A stretch of DNA of 64,000 nt from Eledone cirrhosa. Lineage: Eukaryota. The DNA lies in the NCBI GenBank assembly GCA_964016885.1, contig OZ024761.1:2976001-3040000 (forward strand), in the 5' to 3' direction. Below are positions 28,601 through 42,262 of this stretch, piece by piece. Under the pieces are notes generated by a model. That model worked only from the letters and a program-made list of their open reading frames with translations. It did no database searches and was not told where the DNA came from. A program made the translations under genes and the position numbers. Position 1 is the stretch's first letter. Every line of letters begins with the position of its first letter.

Positions 28601-29067
28601 GATAAGCTCTACAGACACGGGCGCCCGGGTAGGGGCCCCTCAAAAAAGATCTGTCCCAGATGTGTGCGCGACGAGGAAACCGTCGCGCACGCATTGGTAC
28701 ACTGCCCGGGCGTTGCTGATCTGTGGGGCTATGTCGAACGACTGCTGTCACGGGTGGGACCAATTAGGTTGTCCACCGAGTCCATTGTAACGATCAAGCC
28801 GCCTCCCCCTTCAAAAATGAAGGAGAGGCGGTGTTCCTCTGTGTAATAGCCATGGTAAAAGAGGTTGTATGGTGGACGCGTCTAAAAGGGCTGAGGTCGG
28901 ACACCTTTCTTTCCGGCCAACAACTAGTCCTTTTCTTCCGATATCAATCCGGAAGAATGATCAGGATGGAGAGAGAGGTGCTCCACTCCAGCCAGTTTTA
29001 TGAAAGGTGGGTGAAAGTTGCGAGATTGGCTCGTGTGAATGGGCCTTCTCTCTACCTCAGCCTGTAG
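25638..29067 (+). pseudogene. Tx1 ORF2: APE + RT + C-terminal CCHC
   Basis: GCLNARGL, VYAP, GDWN, SYLD, SDH, FRPVTLLN, DQSKAFDRVDH, RQGCPLS, AYADD, CPRC..ETVAHALVHC; several frameshifts and one in-frame stop. Confidence 0.93.
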
Positions 29068-29808
29068 GTGGAAAAGGATGAAGGAAGAACGGAGCACCCT
29101 CTCTTTGTGCTCCCGTAGAGAAGGATCGTACATTTTTTTTTCGGGGGTGTGTGTGACCCCAAAACGATCCCTCCATATTGAGGACCTTTTTGTTATAATT
29201 TTATTTGTTATTACATTTTTTTACTCGATTTCTATGTAACACCCTCCTCCATGTATGTGTCCCTTTCTTTTGTGCCCTCGTGGCAAATAAACAGATATTT
29301 ATCTTATATTATTTCTCTCTCCCACCAGGCACACATACACATAACACACACATACATATATGTATATAAATTTATATGTATGTGTGTATATATGTATATA
29401 TATGTGTGTGTGTGTATATATATATATATGTATGTGTGTGTGTATATATATATATGTGTGTGTGTGTATATATGTGTGTGTATATATATGTATATATATA
29501 TATATATGTGTGTGTAAATATATATGTGTGTGTGTATATATGTATATATATATGTGTGTGTGTGTATATATATGTGTGTGTGTATATATGTATATATGTG
29601 TGTGTATGTATATATATATATGTGTGTGTATGTATATATATATATGTGTGTGTGTGTGTATGTATATATATGTGTGTGTATATATATATGTTTATATATA
29701 TATATATATATATGTGTGTAGGTATATATGTATGTGTATATATATGTGTGTATATATATGTATGTGTATATATATATATACATATGTGTGTTTGATGGTA
29801 GCTAAGAT

Positions 29809-30429
29809 AAACGAAAAATCAGTGATGCATCTGAATTCAATTTATTGTGTGTTACAAATGTTTCGCCGGCGGACAGCTCGAGACGCGTATGAGCATGTGT
29901 GTGTGCGTGTTGATGTATATAGACGTGTGGGAATGTGCCTCTCTGGATGAATGTATGCGTACGTTTATATCTTTATATGTCCTCCTTAATGTGTGGGTAT
30001 AGCGGGATTCTATGCGTACGACTGTTGTTATCTATGTGATTCTTTGTGTAGAGGGGGGGGGGGGGGTATGTGTGTGTGTGTGTGTGTGTGAGTGCGCGCG
30101 TGGATGTGTGAACTACCAAACACAGCAGTAATTCATTGAAGTGTGGCAGACATGGAACAGCGGAAAGGTGCCTGTGGTTAGAATTATGATGACGTAGACA
30201 ACCAGCGGCCAATCACTGAACGCACGAAGAGGATGAAGTTTTTGACGGTACTGGCCCATAGGGTGAGAAACCCCAGTGAGAGAATATGGTCCGAAATCAT
30301 TAGACGTGTCCGTCGAACCTGCGGGTCCAGAATCGGACAGATCCACACAATGATCACGTCTCGGGCTGTCCGCCAGGGAAACAATTGTAACACACAATAA
30401 ATTGAGTTCAGATGCATCACTAAGTTTTC

Positions 30430-30433
<4 letters not shown>
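29809..30433. repeat. ~77-bp imperfect inverted repeat (PLE-tail-like)
   Basis: 29809-29885 vs 30357-30433; contains GAAA-caattg-TA, the 3' half of a hammerhead. Confidence 0.8.
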
Positions 30434-30478
<45 letters not shown>

Positions 30479-30576
30479 AGGGGGTGTAACTGCAGGTTCA
30501 CCTGGGAGAGCACTCGATGTTTAGGTTCACTTCTGTGATGAGGTGTAGAGCTATACAGAGTGTAATATATTGAAAG

Positions 30577-31544
30577 GATAACAAGGACGATTGGTTACTC
30601 CTTCATTACATTTATTGATAGGTGACGCGCGATTCACCACTGATCAGCTCAAGGTTCGATCTGTATCGATCTTACCCGACTCAATAATCGGCAGCTCGAC
30701 GGACCCTCTTAAAATGCTATAAGAAAATGAAATACATGCTATGTGGTAAAGTCAGAGTTTCAAGAGTTTGACAAAATGAGTTGTTTTGATTGGTGGGAAG
30801 GATGAAAGGGATGTACTGACCTGTAGTGTATATAGGGGTGGGTGTGATGGTGTGATGTTGGTGACGGTCGGTGGATGAGATGGGTTGTGGTGTGGTGGTG
30901 GTGGGTTGGCCTTGGCGTGTAGAGTATGTGGGGGTGGATGTGATGATATGATGGTGGTTATGGTTGCTTAGTGGGATGGGCTGTGGTATGAGGTTGGTGG
31001 ATTGTCAGTAGACGGGTTGGCGTGTGTGTGGGGGTGTGGTGGTGGTGCCGTTGTCTATGGTAGCGGCGTTTGTGGTGGTGTAGTGGATGTATTGGTGGTG
31101 TCAAGTCCTTACGGAGATACATAGCTAGACGCTCTTCGTCTGACAAATACGTTGTATATATGTATACGCACACACATATATGTATATATGCGCACATATA
31201 TTGTTGTATAAACACACACAAAACACATACGCACACCCTTGCCCACACATATCGACACACGCTCATACACAGCCATATGTATATATACACACATGTATGT
31301 GCATGCGCGCATGCGGACACAAATATAGAGAGTGGGGGAGTATCGGTGGGGGTGGCGAAGGACAAAGATGGAGGGAAGGTGAGAGGCAATGGAGAAGGTG
31401 TTATACATATATACATAGACATACATACACTCATACACACATACGGATATGGGTACATGCACGCACACGCACGTATACAAAATATACGCATACACACTAA
31501 CGCACACGTATACACACACACATATATATACACACACATACACA

Positions 31545-31587
<43 letters not shown>

Positions 31588-31659
31588 ACATACACATACA
31601 TGCACATATACGCGCTCACATACACATACACACAGATTCACCTATATACATATATGTAG

Positions 31660-31732
<73 letters not shown>

Positions 31733-31906
31733 GAAGTTCTATTTAAATTGTTGGGATTCAACAAGCAAATATTTTTATAACTGATATAAAGCACTCAACA
31801 AATTATTGGAGTAAAAATACAGATCGAACCTTGAGCTGATCAGTGGTGAAACGCGCGTCACCTATCAATAAATGCAATGAAGGAGTAATCAATCGTCCTT
31901 GTTATC
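30577..31906. repeat. ~90-bp inverted repeat pair (PLE-tail-like)
   Basis: 30577-30666 vs 31817-31906; contains GAAA-cgcgcg-TC. 31732-31820 is a further copy of the 6620-6705 family tail. Confidence 0.8.
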
Positions 31907-31912
31907 TATCTA

Positions 31913-32038
<126 letters not shown>

Positions 32039-32064
32039 TGTATATGTATATATATGTGTGTGTT

Positions 32065-32195
32065 GTGAAGGCACATGGCAGAGTGGTTAGAGAATTGGAT
32101 TCACAATCGTGAGGTTGTGAGTTCGATTCCTGGACCAGGCGATGTGTTATGTCCTTGAACAAGACACTTTATTTCACGTTGCTCCTTCTACACAG
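32065..32195 (+). mobile_element. tRNA-derived SINE family B, 5' part
   Basis: A box tggcagagtgg, B box gttcgattcc, then tccttgaacaagacactttatttcac. Not a complete tRNA. Confidence 0.8.
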
Positions 32196-32283
32196 AGTTG
32201 CGACCGATAGATAGTATTAGCAATTGGAAAGACCAATGGAAACATTGTTTCCACGGTACTATTTGACGAAAGTCGATCGACCG

Positions 32284-32396
<113 letters not shown>

Positions 32397-32629
32397 GTGT
32401 GTGTATTTGTGTATATGTATATGTGTGCATATGTATATTTGTGCATACATATATGAGTATATATATGTGTATATATATGTATGTATATATCTGTATGTAT
32501 ATATGTGTATATATACGTGTGTATATATATATATGTGTGTGTATATATATTTGTATATATGTGTATATATATATATGTGTATGTATATGTATGTGTTTAT
32601 ATGCATGTGTATATGTATGTGTATGTATG

Positions 32630-32662
<33 letters not shown>

Positions 32663-32734
32663 GTATGTATATCTATTTGCATGTATGTATATATTTGTAG
32701 ATGTATATATATATACATATATATTCTATTTTTC

Positions 32735-32995
32735 TATTCTAAGGCGGGTAAAATTCCCGAGATCCATGGACGAGTTCTCTCCAGCGGTCTCTGTCCCTCA
32801 TTATCGCTGCCATGTCCTGCGTCTCCAACAGACCAGTGTCTGTCCTTAGGGCATCAACATATGTTAACCTTGGTCTTCCTCTTCCAGTGTGTCCATGTAG
32901 GGGCTCCCAAAGGAGCACTGAGTGCAATGTCAACTCTGGATGTCGGTGAGCATGTCCAGCTAACCTCAGTCTCCCCTGTGTCACTTTTGAGCTGA

Positions 32996-32996
<1 letters not shown>
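32735..32996 (-). mobile_element. 3' end of an RTE-type LINE ORF
   Basis: [11 protein letters not shown]...[19 protein letters not shown]...[11 protein letters not shown], the typical RTE-group C-terminus. Confidence 0.82.
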
Positions 32997-33044
<48 letters not shown>

Positions 33045-33698
33045 GTGTGTTTGTGTGTTTTCTGTGTGTGTATGTTTATCTATTTATGTATATAGAAATG
33101 CATATGTATAACTATGTGTAGACCATACAGTAGGGTAATGTTGAGAATTACACACACATACATACTGACATATACACACACTGACACATACAAACACACA
33201 CACACTGACACATGCCCACTCACACACTGACACATGCACACACACTGTCACATGTACACACACACAGACACCGACCCCCCTCCCACACACACTCCCTCAC
33301 GTGAGGCATGTATAATAACATACATTATTCAACATGTCGCAGCCTTTGTTTTTGTATCTGTCAGTCAGTCCTGACATAACTAAATGTAGATAAAATGGCT
33401 GACATCTGCTAATGACATCAGCAACATCCATTTTTATTCAATTATTTCATTAATATTAAACATTTTCTTCTCTCAGTTCCTCTCATTTCCATCGGACTTC
33501 AGTAACTCTGACATCTAACCTTATTACCACCTTATATCATTAAAACATATGCCTTATATTTATACGACAAAGCCAACAGTAATGGCCCGCTATATTATCA
33601 CCTTACATAAATAATTCGGCCATTTTATATCTATATTTGTTCCCGCATTAACATTTCGTTCGTTGTCGCTTGCTGTATTCAGCTAAAACCAATAGCCA

Positions 33699-35690
33699 GC
33701 CGCCATAGTAGCCTCCATATTAGCTGCCATATTAGCCGCCATATTAGCTGCCATATTAGCCGCCATATTAGCCGCCATAGTAGCTTCCATGTTAGCCTTC
33801 ATATTAGCCTCCATATTAGCCGCCATATTAGCCGCCATGTTAGCCGCCATATTAGCCTCCATATTAGCCGCCATATTAGCCGCCATGTTAGCCGCCATAT
33901 TAGCCGCCATAGTAGCCTCCATATTAGCCGCCATATTAGCCGCCATGTTAGCCGCCATATTAGCCGCCATAGTAGCCTCCATATTAGCCTCCATATTAGC
34001 CGCCATATTAGCCGCCATGTTAGCCGCCATGTTAGCCGCCATATTAGCCGCCATAGTAGCCTCCATAGTAGCCGCCATATTAGCCGCCATATTAGCCGCC
34101 ATAGTAGCCGCCATATTAGCCGCCATGTTAGCCGCCATATTAGCCGCCATATTAGCCGCCATATTAGCCGCCATATTAGCCGCCATATTAGCCGCCATAG
34201 TAGCCGCCATATTAGCCGCCATAGTAGCCTCCATATTAGCCGCCATAGTAGCCTCCATATTAGCCGCCATATTAGCCGCCATATTAGCCGCCATATTAGC
34301 CGCCATATTAGCCGCCATAGTAGCCGCCATATTAGCCGCCATATTAGCCGCCATGTTAGCCGCCATATTAGCCGCCATGTTAGCCGCCATATTAGCCGCC
34401 ATAGTAGCCTCCATATTAGCCGCCATATTAGCCGCCATATTAGCCGCCATATTAGCCGCCATATTAGCCGCCATATTAGCCGCCATATTAGCCGCCATAG
34501 TAGCCTCCATATTAGCCTCCATATTAGCCGCCATATTAGCCGCCATGTTAGCCGCCATATTAGCCGCCATAGTAGCCTCCATATTAGCCGCCATATTAGC
34601 CGCCATGTTAGCCGCCATATTAGCCGCCATAGTAGCCGCCATATTAGCCGCCATGTTAGCCGCCATGTTAGCCGCCATATTAGCCGCCATAGTAGCCTCC
34701 ATATTAGCCTCCATATTAACCGCCATATTAGCCGCCATGTTAGCCGCCATATTAGCCGCCATATTAGCCGCCATAGTAGCCGCCATGTTAGCCGCCATAT
34801 TAGCCTCCATATTAGCCGCCATATTAGCCGCCATAGTAGCCTCCATATTAGCCGCCATAGTAGCCTCCATATTAGCCGCCATATTAGCCGCCATATTAGC
34901 CGCCATATTAGCCGCCATATTAGCCGCCATATTAGCCGCCATGTTAGCCGCCATATTAGCCGCCATAGTAGCCGCCATATTAGCCGCCATGTTAGCCGCC
35001 ATATTAGCCGCCATATTAGCCGCCATATTAGCCTCCATAGTAGCCTCCATATTAGCCGCCATATTAGCCGCCATATTAGCCGCCATATTAGCCGCCATAG
35101 TAGACGCCATAGTAGCCGCCATAGTAGCCACCATATTAGACGCCATATTAGCCGCCATATTAGCCGCCATAGTAGCCGCCATAGTAGCCTCCATAGTAGC
35201 CGCCATATTAGACGCCATATTAGCCGCCATATTAGCCGCCATATTAGCCGCCATAGTAGCCGCCATATTAGCCGCCATATTAGCCGCCATATTAGCCGCC
35301 ATATTAGCCGCCATAGTAGCCGCCATAGTAGCCACCATATTAGACGCCATATTAGCCGCCATATTAGCCGCCATAGTAGCCGCCATAGTAGCCTCCATAG
35401 TAGCCGCCATATTAGACGCCATATTAGCCGCCATATTAGCCGCCATATTAGCCGCCATAGTAGCCGCCATATTAGCCGCCATATTAGCCGCCATATTAGC
35501 CGCCATATTAGCCGCCATAGTAGCCGCCATAGTAGCCACCATATTAGACGCCATATTAGCCACCATATTAGCCGCCATAGTAGCCGCCATATTAGCCGCC
35601 ATAGTAGCCGCCATATTAGCCGCCATAGTAGCCGCCATATTAGCCTCCATAGTAGCCGCCATATTAGCCGCCATATTAGCCTCCATATTA
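33699..35690. repeat. 12-bp tandem array (GCCGCCATATTA), 166 units
   Basis: 1992 bp with strict 12-bp phase and a few recurrent variants. Confidence 0.95.
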
Positions 35691-36099
35691 GCTACTGACC
35701 TAATTACTCTTGCTGAGAGTGGCCGGAAATAATTTGCATGAAACCTGTCGATAAATAAGATCGTTTATTATACTACAGACATTTGATCTCCGTCGGTGGT
35801 CGGTGTTGACGACCTGATCGTGAAAGTAACGTGTAAGTAGGCTGAGCATTCCACAGACACGTGTACCCACAACCTAATTCTCTCAGGGAGATTCAAAGTG
35901 ACACTGTGTGTGTGTGTGTGTGTGTGTGTGATAAAGCGGGCCGTTTGAATTACAGGTACATCTGTTTTCCTCAACCCAACCCAATTTCACTGAAGACCTC
36001 AGTCAAACCGAGGCTGGGGTAAACCTGCAACACATTAGCGGGCAGGGAATTGAACTGGGAGCTAATGGTTGCCAAGCTAACTTCTTAACAGGTGATGGA

Positions 36100-37960
36100 G
36101 TGTGGCTGCGTGTGCGTGTGTCAGTGCGTGTGTGTGTGTGTGAGTGTGAGTGCGTGTGTATGTGTGTTATTGTGTGTCAGTGTGAGTGCATGTGTCATTG
36201 TGTGTTTGTCAGTGTTTGTATGTGTGTGTCAGTGTATGTGTCTGTGTCTGTGTGTGTCAGTGTTTGTGTAAGTGTCTGTGTGTGTCAGCGTGTGTATGTG
36301 TCTGTGTGTATGTGTGTGTGTGTGTCAGTGTATGTGTATGTGTGCCAGTGTATGTGTCAGTGTGTGTGTCAGTGTATATGTCAGTGCCTGTGTATGTCCG
36401 TGTATATGTCAGTGCGTGTGTCAGTGTGTATGTCCGTGTATATGTCAGTGTGTGTGTATGTCCGTGTATATGTCAGTGTGCATGTCCGTGTATATGTCAG
36501 TGTGTGTGTATGTCCGTGTATATGTCAGTGCGTATGTCAGTGCGTGTGTATGTCCGTGTATATGTCAGTGCGTGTGTCAGTGTGTATGTCCGTGTATATG
36601 TCAGTGTATGTGTATGTCCGTGTATATGTCAGTGTGTATGTCCGTGTATATGTCAGTGTGTGTGTATGTCCGTGTATATGTCAGTGTGTGTGTCAGTGTG
36701 TATGTCCGTGTATATGTCAGTGTGTGTGTATGTCCGTGTATATGTCAGTGCGTGTGTCAGTGTGTATGTCCGTGTATATGTCAGTGTGTGTGTATGTCCG
36801 TGTATATGTCAGTGTGTGTGTCAGTGTGTATGTCTGTGTATATGTCAGTGTGTGTGTATGTCCGTGTATATGTCAGTGTGTGTGTCAGTGTGTATGTCCG
36901 TGTATATGTCAGTGTGTGTGTCAGTGTATATGTCCGTGTATATGTCAGTGCGTGTGTCAGTGTATATGTCCGTGTATATGTCAGTGTGTGTGTATGTCCG
37001 TGTATATGTCAGTGCGTGTGTCAGTGTGTATGTCCGTGTATATGTCAGTGTGTGTGTATGTCCGTGTATATGTCAGTGTGTGTGTCAGTGTGTATGTCCG
37101 TGTATATGTCAGTGCGTGTGTATGTCCGTGTAAATGTCAGTGTGTGTGTCAGTGTGTATGTCTGTGTATATGTCAGTGTGTGTGTCAGTGTGTATGTCTG
37201 TGTATATGTCAGTGCGTGTGTATGTCCGTGTAAATGTCAGTGTGTGTGTCAGTGTGTATGTCCGTGTATATGTCAGTGTGTGTGTCAGTGTGTATGTCTG
37301 TGTATATGTCAGTGCGTGTGTATGTCCGTGTAAATGTCAGTGTGTGTGCCAGTGTGTATGTCCGTGTATATGTCAGTGTGTGTGTATGTCCGTGTATATG
37401 TCAGTGTGTGTGTCAGTGTGTATGTCCGTGTATATGTCAGTGTGTATGTCCGTGTATATGTCAGTGTGTGTGTATGTCCGTGTATATGTCAGTGCGTGTG
37501 TCAGTGTGTATGTCCATGTATATGTCAGTGTGTGTGTATGTCCGTGTATATGTCAGTGTGTATGTCCGTGTATATGTCAGTGTGTGTGTATGTCCGTGTA
37601 TATGTCAGTGTGTGTGTATGTCCGTGTATATGTCAGTGTGTGTGTCAGTGTGTATGTCCGTGTATATGTCAGTGTGTGTGTATGTCCGTGTATATGTCAG
37701 TGTGTGTGTATGTCCGTGTATATGTCAGTGTGTGTGTCAGTGTGTATGTCTGTGTATATGTCAGTGTGTGTGTATGTCCGTGTATATGTCAGTGTGTGTG
37801 TCAGTGTGTATGTCCGTGTATATGTCAGTGTGTGTGTATGTCCGTGTATATGTCAGTGTGTGTGTCAGTGTGTATGTCCGTGTATATGTCAGTGTGTGTG
37901 TATGTCCGTGTATATGTCAGTGTGTATGTCCGTGTATATGTCAGTGTGTGTGTATGTGTC
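36100..37960. repeat. GT-derived compound minisatellite
   Basis: Repeating gtcagtgtgtgtgtatgtccgtgtatat with variants. Confidence 0.92.
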
Positions 37961-38075
37961 TTAAATGCTGAATATCTTAGCTTAACTAGATTACCTTGTT
38001 GTTACAACTAACTAATCAGATTAGAGAAGACTTTTCATCCGGAAGCCATTACTCCGGGAATCTAAAATATGTTTT

Positions 38076-38391
38076 ACCCTTTCGTTACCACATAACGACA
38101 TACACAGCATACCCTTTCGTTACCACATAACGACATACACAGCATACCCTTTCGTTACCACATAACGACATACACAGCATACCCTTTCGTTACCACATAA
38201 CGACATACACAGCATACCCTTTCGTTACCACATAACGACATACACAGCATAGCCTTTCGTTACCACATAACGACATACACAGCATACCCTTTCGTTACCA
38301 CATAACGACATACACAGCATACCCTTTCGTTACCACATAACGACATACACAGCATACCCTTTCGTTACCACATAACGACATACACAGCATA
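38076..38391. repeat. 35-bp tandem repeat, 9 near-identical copies
   Basis: taccctttcgttaccacataacgacatacacagca; internal hairpin tcgtta-ccaca-taacga; no spacers. Confidence 0.95.
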
Positions 38392-38433
38392 TGGATTATA
38401 TCTATTCCTGAATAAGAATAATAATACTATAAT

Positions 38434-38614
38434 AATTGGCAGTATCGGTAGAGGGTCGGACACCATGCTTAGTAGCAAAGAGTTATGGCCCTTTATGATC
38501 TGAGTTCAAATCCCACCGAGGTTAGCTTTGCCTTTCATCCTTACGGGGGTCGATAAACTAAAGTACCAGTAATACACTTGGATAATTACTGGCCTTGTGC
38601 CAAAAGTAGAAACA
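38434..38614 (+). mobile_element. tRNA-derived SINE family A
   Basis: Matches the other copies; ends agaaaca-attatt. Confidence 0.88.
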
Positions 38615-38737
38615 ATTATTAATATTCGGTTCGTTTGCAAGCATACGGCTTCATGACACGTGTGTGTGTGTGTGTCTGTGTTTAGATGACTGACGTCATC
38701 CTTTTGTTCCAGCGGTAGCGCACAGAGAAAGTCGACA

Positions 38738-38915
38738 ATAGTTTCAGAGTTATTGCCCCTTATCAAGACTATGTATCTCTCGTCGCTCCTACCAGCTGGA
38801 ACTGCTAAAGCCGGTGTATAACTTTGAGAATACTACGTATTCTCACCAGTTTCCATCGGGTAGGAGCGACAAGAGATTTATAGTCTTGATAAGGGGAAAC
38901 AACTCCGAAACAATT
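38738..38915. repeat. ~55-bp imperfect inverted repeat with degenerate hammerhead-like motif
   Basis: 38738-38793 vs 38859-38915; minus strand agtc-TTGATAA-ggggcaataactct-GAAA-ctattg-TC-gact. Confidence 0.65.
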
Positions 38916-39049
38916 GGGGGCGTGTTTAAAGGAGATTTAATAAAGAAAATTTGTTTGAAGCGGAAGGGTCATCAAGCCGATGTTTATCCCAGATTTACTT
39001 AGAGTTAAGCGGCTGAGAGTACTAGACTCTCCCTGGATAGGACGCCGGT

Positions 39050-39827
39050 CTATTGCCAATAAAAACACAGCTGTTGGTTTTCACTTCAAATTATTATAAA
39101 TTTCCGGTTGGTTGGTTGGTTTGATAATCGGATGGTTGTTTATATATTGTCAAAGCTCTTTCGTCACACTTTCTGAGCTCCTCAGTGACTGAATTCTTAG
39201 TTTGTGCCTCTCCTTTGTTCTGTCCTATACTACCTTGTTTTTGTGTGTTGTGTACTTGGTTTGCACATGCATTACATCCGGGTTGCTTGTTCCATCTGTG
39301 TATGCCTGTTTTTTTATTTGTTTTTTTTTTGTGTGCGTCTGTATGTGTTCATTTTGTCCTTAATTACTAGTTGTGATGTTGCTATTCCACTCATGTTTTG
39401 TTTAATTTTGGTTGGAGTTCCTTTATATTTGTTGCCTCTATGATTTGTCTGAGTATTGTATCTTTTCTGTGTGTGGATATAATTTTTATCTCTATGTTAT
39501 CTAATGTGCCCCTATGTTCTATTTTGGCATGTTGGTGGAGTACTGATGAGTTTTTCCCATCCCAGAGTTCTCGCAAAAGTTCACATATCCTTTCCCCTAT
39601 GCTATGGGCTGTTTCACCTATGTATGTTATATTCTTATTCCTACACTGTCCCTCAGTACTATATACTGCGTTTCTAGTTTTGCAGTTAGTTTGCGGTCTT
39701 AGCTTGCAGACTATGCATTTCCTATCAGTGCATGGGGTTCTTTAAAACGGATATGTTTTACTAATTACTTTTATGGGAATACCTGGTTTTTCAACTATGT
39801 TAATATTTAATTTTTGCTTGTCTAGGG
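39050..39827 (-). mobile_element. 3' end of a second PLE: Cys linker + GIY-YIG endonuclease remnant + hammerhead tail
   Basis: NIVEKPG..PF*RTPCTDRKCIVCK...CKTRNAVY...YIGETAHS..ER...SVLHQHAKIEH...RQIIEA..I...PKLN. Hammerhead-like gtca-CTGAGGA..GAAA..tgac at 39149-39189. Confidence 0.8.
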
Positions 39828-40386
39828 CAAAGGTTCTCAACCCATTTCGGCCCCCTTTTGCCCCTCGAAATCACGAAACGCCCCCTACCCTATTTTTCCA
39901 TTTATCAATATACTACTGATTTTGAAATCAGTAGATTACTGGGCCAAATCAAGTTATGTTAGAATCTTTAAAAAATACTCGTACGAATTAAATACAAAAA
40001 CGTTTCAGTCCAAAACAAAAGCAAGCTATTTCAAATTATATATTTTTGAAAAAAAAAAATATATATTTGATCTCAGTCGAAAGAGCTTTTTTTTTAAATT
40101 CTATATTTCACTGTTAGCTGTTGTAATATTTTGAGTGGATAGACAATTCTACAAATCAAACAGTAAAGTCAAAATACCAAGGATGCAAAATATGAAGAAT
40201 TTCTTACCTTTCTCTGAAATCACAAACTCAGGGGGAAAATAGTACCTTGCAAAATAAAGTGCCTCGTAGCAAAATAAAATACTTAGTAACAAGGAATGAA
40301 TTGAGAAGCTTGGTGACAGTGAGGAATAGTGAGAAATAGATATACACATACACACATAAATGCGCACGCACGCGCACACACACACG

Positions 40387-40464
<78 letters not shown>

Positions 40465-41947
40465 TACACACACACAAACTTGTGTGTGTGTGCCTGGTTT
40501 TGGTACAGAAAGAATTTTGCTTCCAGTTTTTATTGCCAGGTCAAAGGCCACTGTTCTTTTCAACAACGCCAAATAACAACGCCATACATACATATATATG
40601 GTGGCTGCCAACTCGTTTTCGAGTACGGCCACTACTTTATATCCATGTAGGAGAACCCCTACCGATGCGCTAAACAAGTGTGACTTTTAGTCCAGCCAGC
40701 GACTTGAAAACTCTGGTACAAACACTACACCTGTGACAATTATTGACACATAGTGCTGGGCCCTTGGTACCATGTGACGACAAGTGTAGAGAGATCTCCA
40801 GATATAAAGCAATGCCTGTGCCGTGAAGCTTTTATAGTGAGCAAAGGCACTGCACAAAGCCAGTCCCACTCACTTAACCCAAGATGATATTTACCAAAAA
40901 GAAGAACAAGTCAACATCATTGGATACCATCAGGGTTGCAGGTGTTATATCAGAGTGTTCCTTCTCCTAGAATTCTGCTTTGACAAAGGTTAAGGGGTCA
41001 TCTCTCTCGGTGATTTTGGATGGCCATTGACTCTTAAGAGCTCCTTTGCCCTTTGACAGGTTTTGTTCTTAGTCCTGCAGGATGTCCAAAGTCACCCTCC
41101 TCACCAAGAAACCTTGGTGGGGTTGCCAGTTTAGTCGCCAACGACCCGCCTATGGAACAGGGGGTACTGGCATACATGTTACCAGTAGCACCAACTGGTG
41201 ACCTGACATACATACATATATACATACATACATACATTCATTTACGTATGTATATAGCTATGCATTTATACATTTGTATATATACATTCATTTATATTTA
41301 AGTGTGTAAGGATGTTGACATGATTATTTATGTTGTTGTTGTTTTTTTTTTTGGGGGGGGGGAGGGGGGTACGGAGAAAACTCTGTCGCCAGATTTTATT
41401 ATCTAGGGAGATTAAATACCACAGCTCTGGCTGAAAGCTGACCAGTTTCTCAACCTCATCAAACACTAACGCAGGCCTGTGTGTGTATATGTGTGTGTGT
41501 ATGTATGTATGTATATATGTATCTATGTACGTATGCATGTGTGTGTATGTCCGTATGTATGTATGTGTATACACGCATACCTTTCATCACCACTGCTTCT
41601 TTTTGTTGTCATTTCTGTTGAAGTTGTTCTTGTAACTGTTGTCATAGTTGAAGTTGTCCTTATTTTCATTTTCTTTGATTTCTTTTGTTTTTCTTTTATC
41701 TCCCTAGGGAATTCGTTGACAAGTTTCTTTTATTTATTTTCTTCGTTTTCTTCATTCAAATGCATTCACACTGTCTGTCTAAGAGGCGTACAAATATGAC
41801 TTATAAAACTTACCAAACTAAAGGGGCTTCCAGCGCTCCCCAAAGCTTCAAACGCCCCGCTAACCTCCCCCTTGCTCCGAAACGCTCCCCCGGAGCTCCG
41901 AAACTCCCCCCGGGGGACCATATGCCCCCCCCCATTGGGAACCTTTG
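39828..41947. mobile_element. hAT/Charlie-like DNA transposon relic
   Basis: TIRs CAAAGGTTCTCAA and TTGGGAACCTTTG (12/13). Flanks gtctaggg and atataggt only partly match as an 8-bp TSD. Weak transposase-like remnant LVQKEF...LFFSTT near 40500-40570. Confidence 0.55.
40600..41205 (-). mobile_element. Non-coding interspersed retroposon (RTE-5'-like head), copy 1
   Basis: A second, inverted copy lies at 42632-43085. Both end gagttggcagccacc followed by a TA-rich tract. Class is inferred. Confidence 0.6.
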
Positions 41948-42262
41948 ATATAGGTAAATAAATTTAAATTTAAACTCTGGAATCATATTCCACCTTTTCC
42001 CCCAAATTAACGTAAATACAAGCTCTTCTTCATTTTTCTTCTTTCCTACACATATCATAATTATTTAAATTCCCCATAGCGTCTAAAATAACGTTTTTTC
42101 AGCACTTTACCTCAACCTCATTTGCATACTCATTTGCATACTCATCTTAACAATTTGAAATATCTGACTTTTCTTCTCTTATCCCTTCACTATCCAAGAA
42201 AAACTTGTACCGTTAAGGTATTTTTTTTTTTGATTATGTCAAAATTTATAAAACATACTTCG

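Larger units (their letters stand above)
23690..29305 (+). mobile_element. Second Tx1-clade non-LTR retrotransposon, full length, decayed
   Basis: ORF1, ORF2 and a 3' UTR ending ccctcgtggcaaataaacagata. The 5' boundary is approximate. Confidence 0.9.

Noticed and set aside
32065-32145. tRNA gene
   Set aside because: Has A and B boxes but no complete cloverleaf and continues into a SINE body.
33683-35732. (MAAN)n and (ILAA)n ORFs as real proteins
   Set aside because: A 12-bp unit keeps frames open on both strands; no independent coding evidence.
36100-38011. Cys-rich, metallothionein- or keratin-like ORFs
   Set aside because: GT-derived minisatellite open in all three frames.
38076-38391. 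CRISPR array
   Set aside because: No spacers, no cas genes, eukaryotic context. The same applies to the 43-, 48- and 60-bp arrays.
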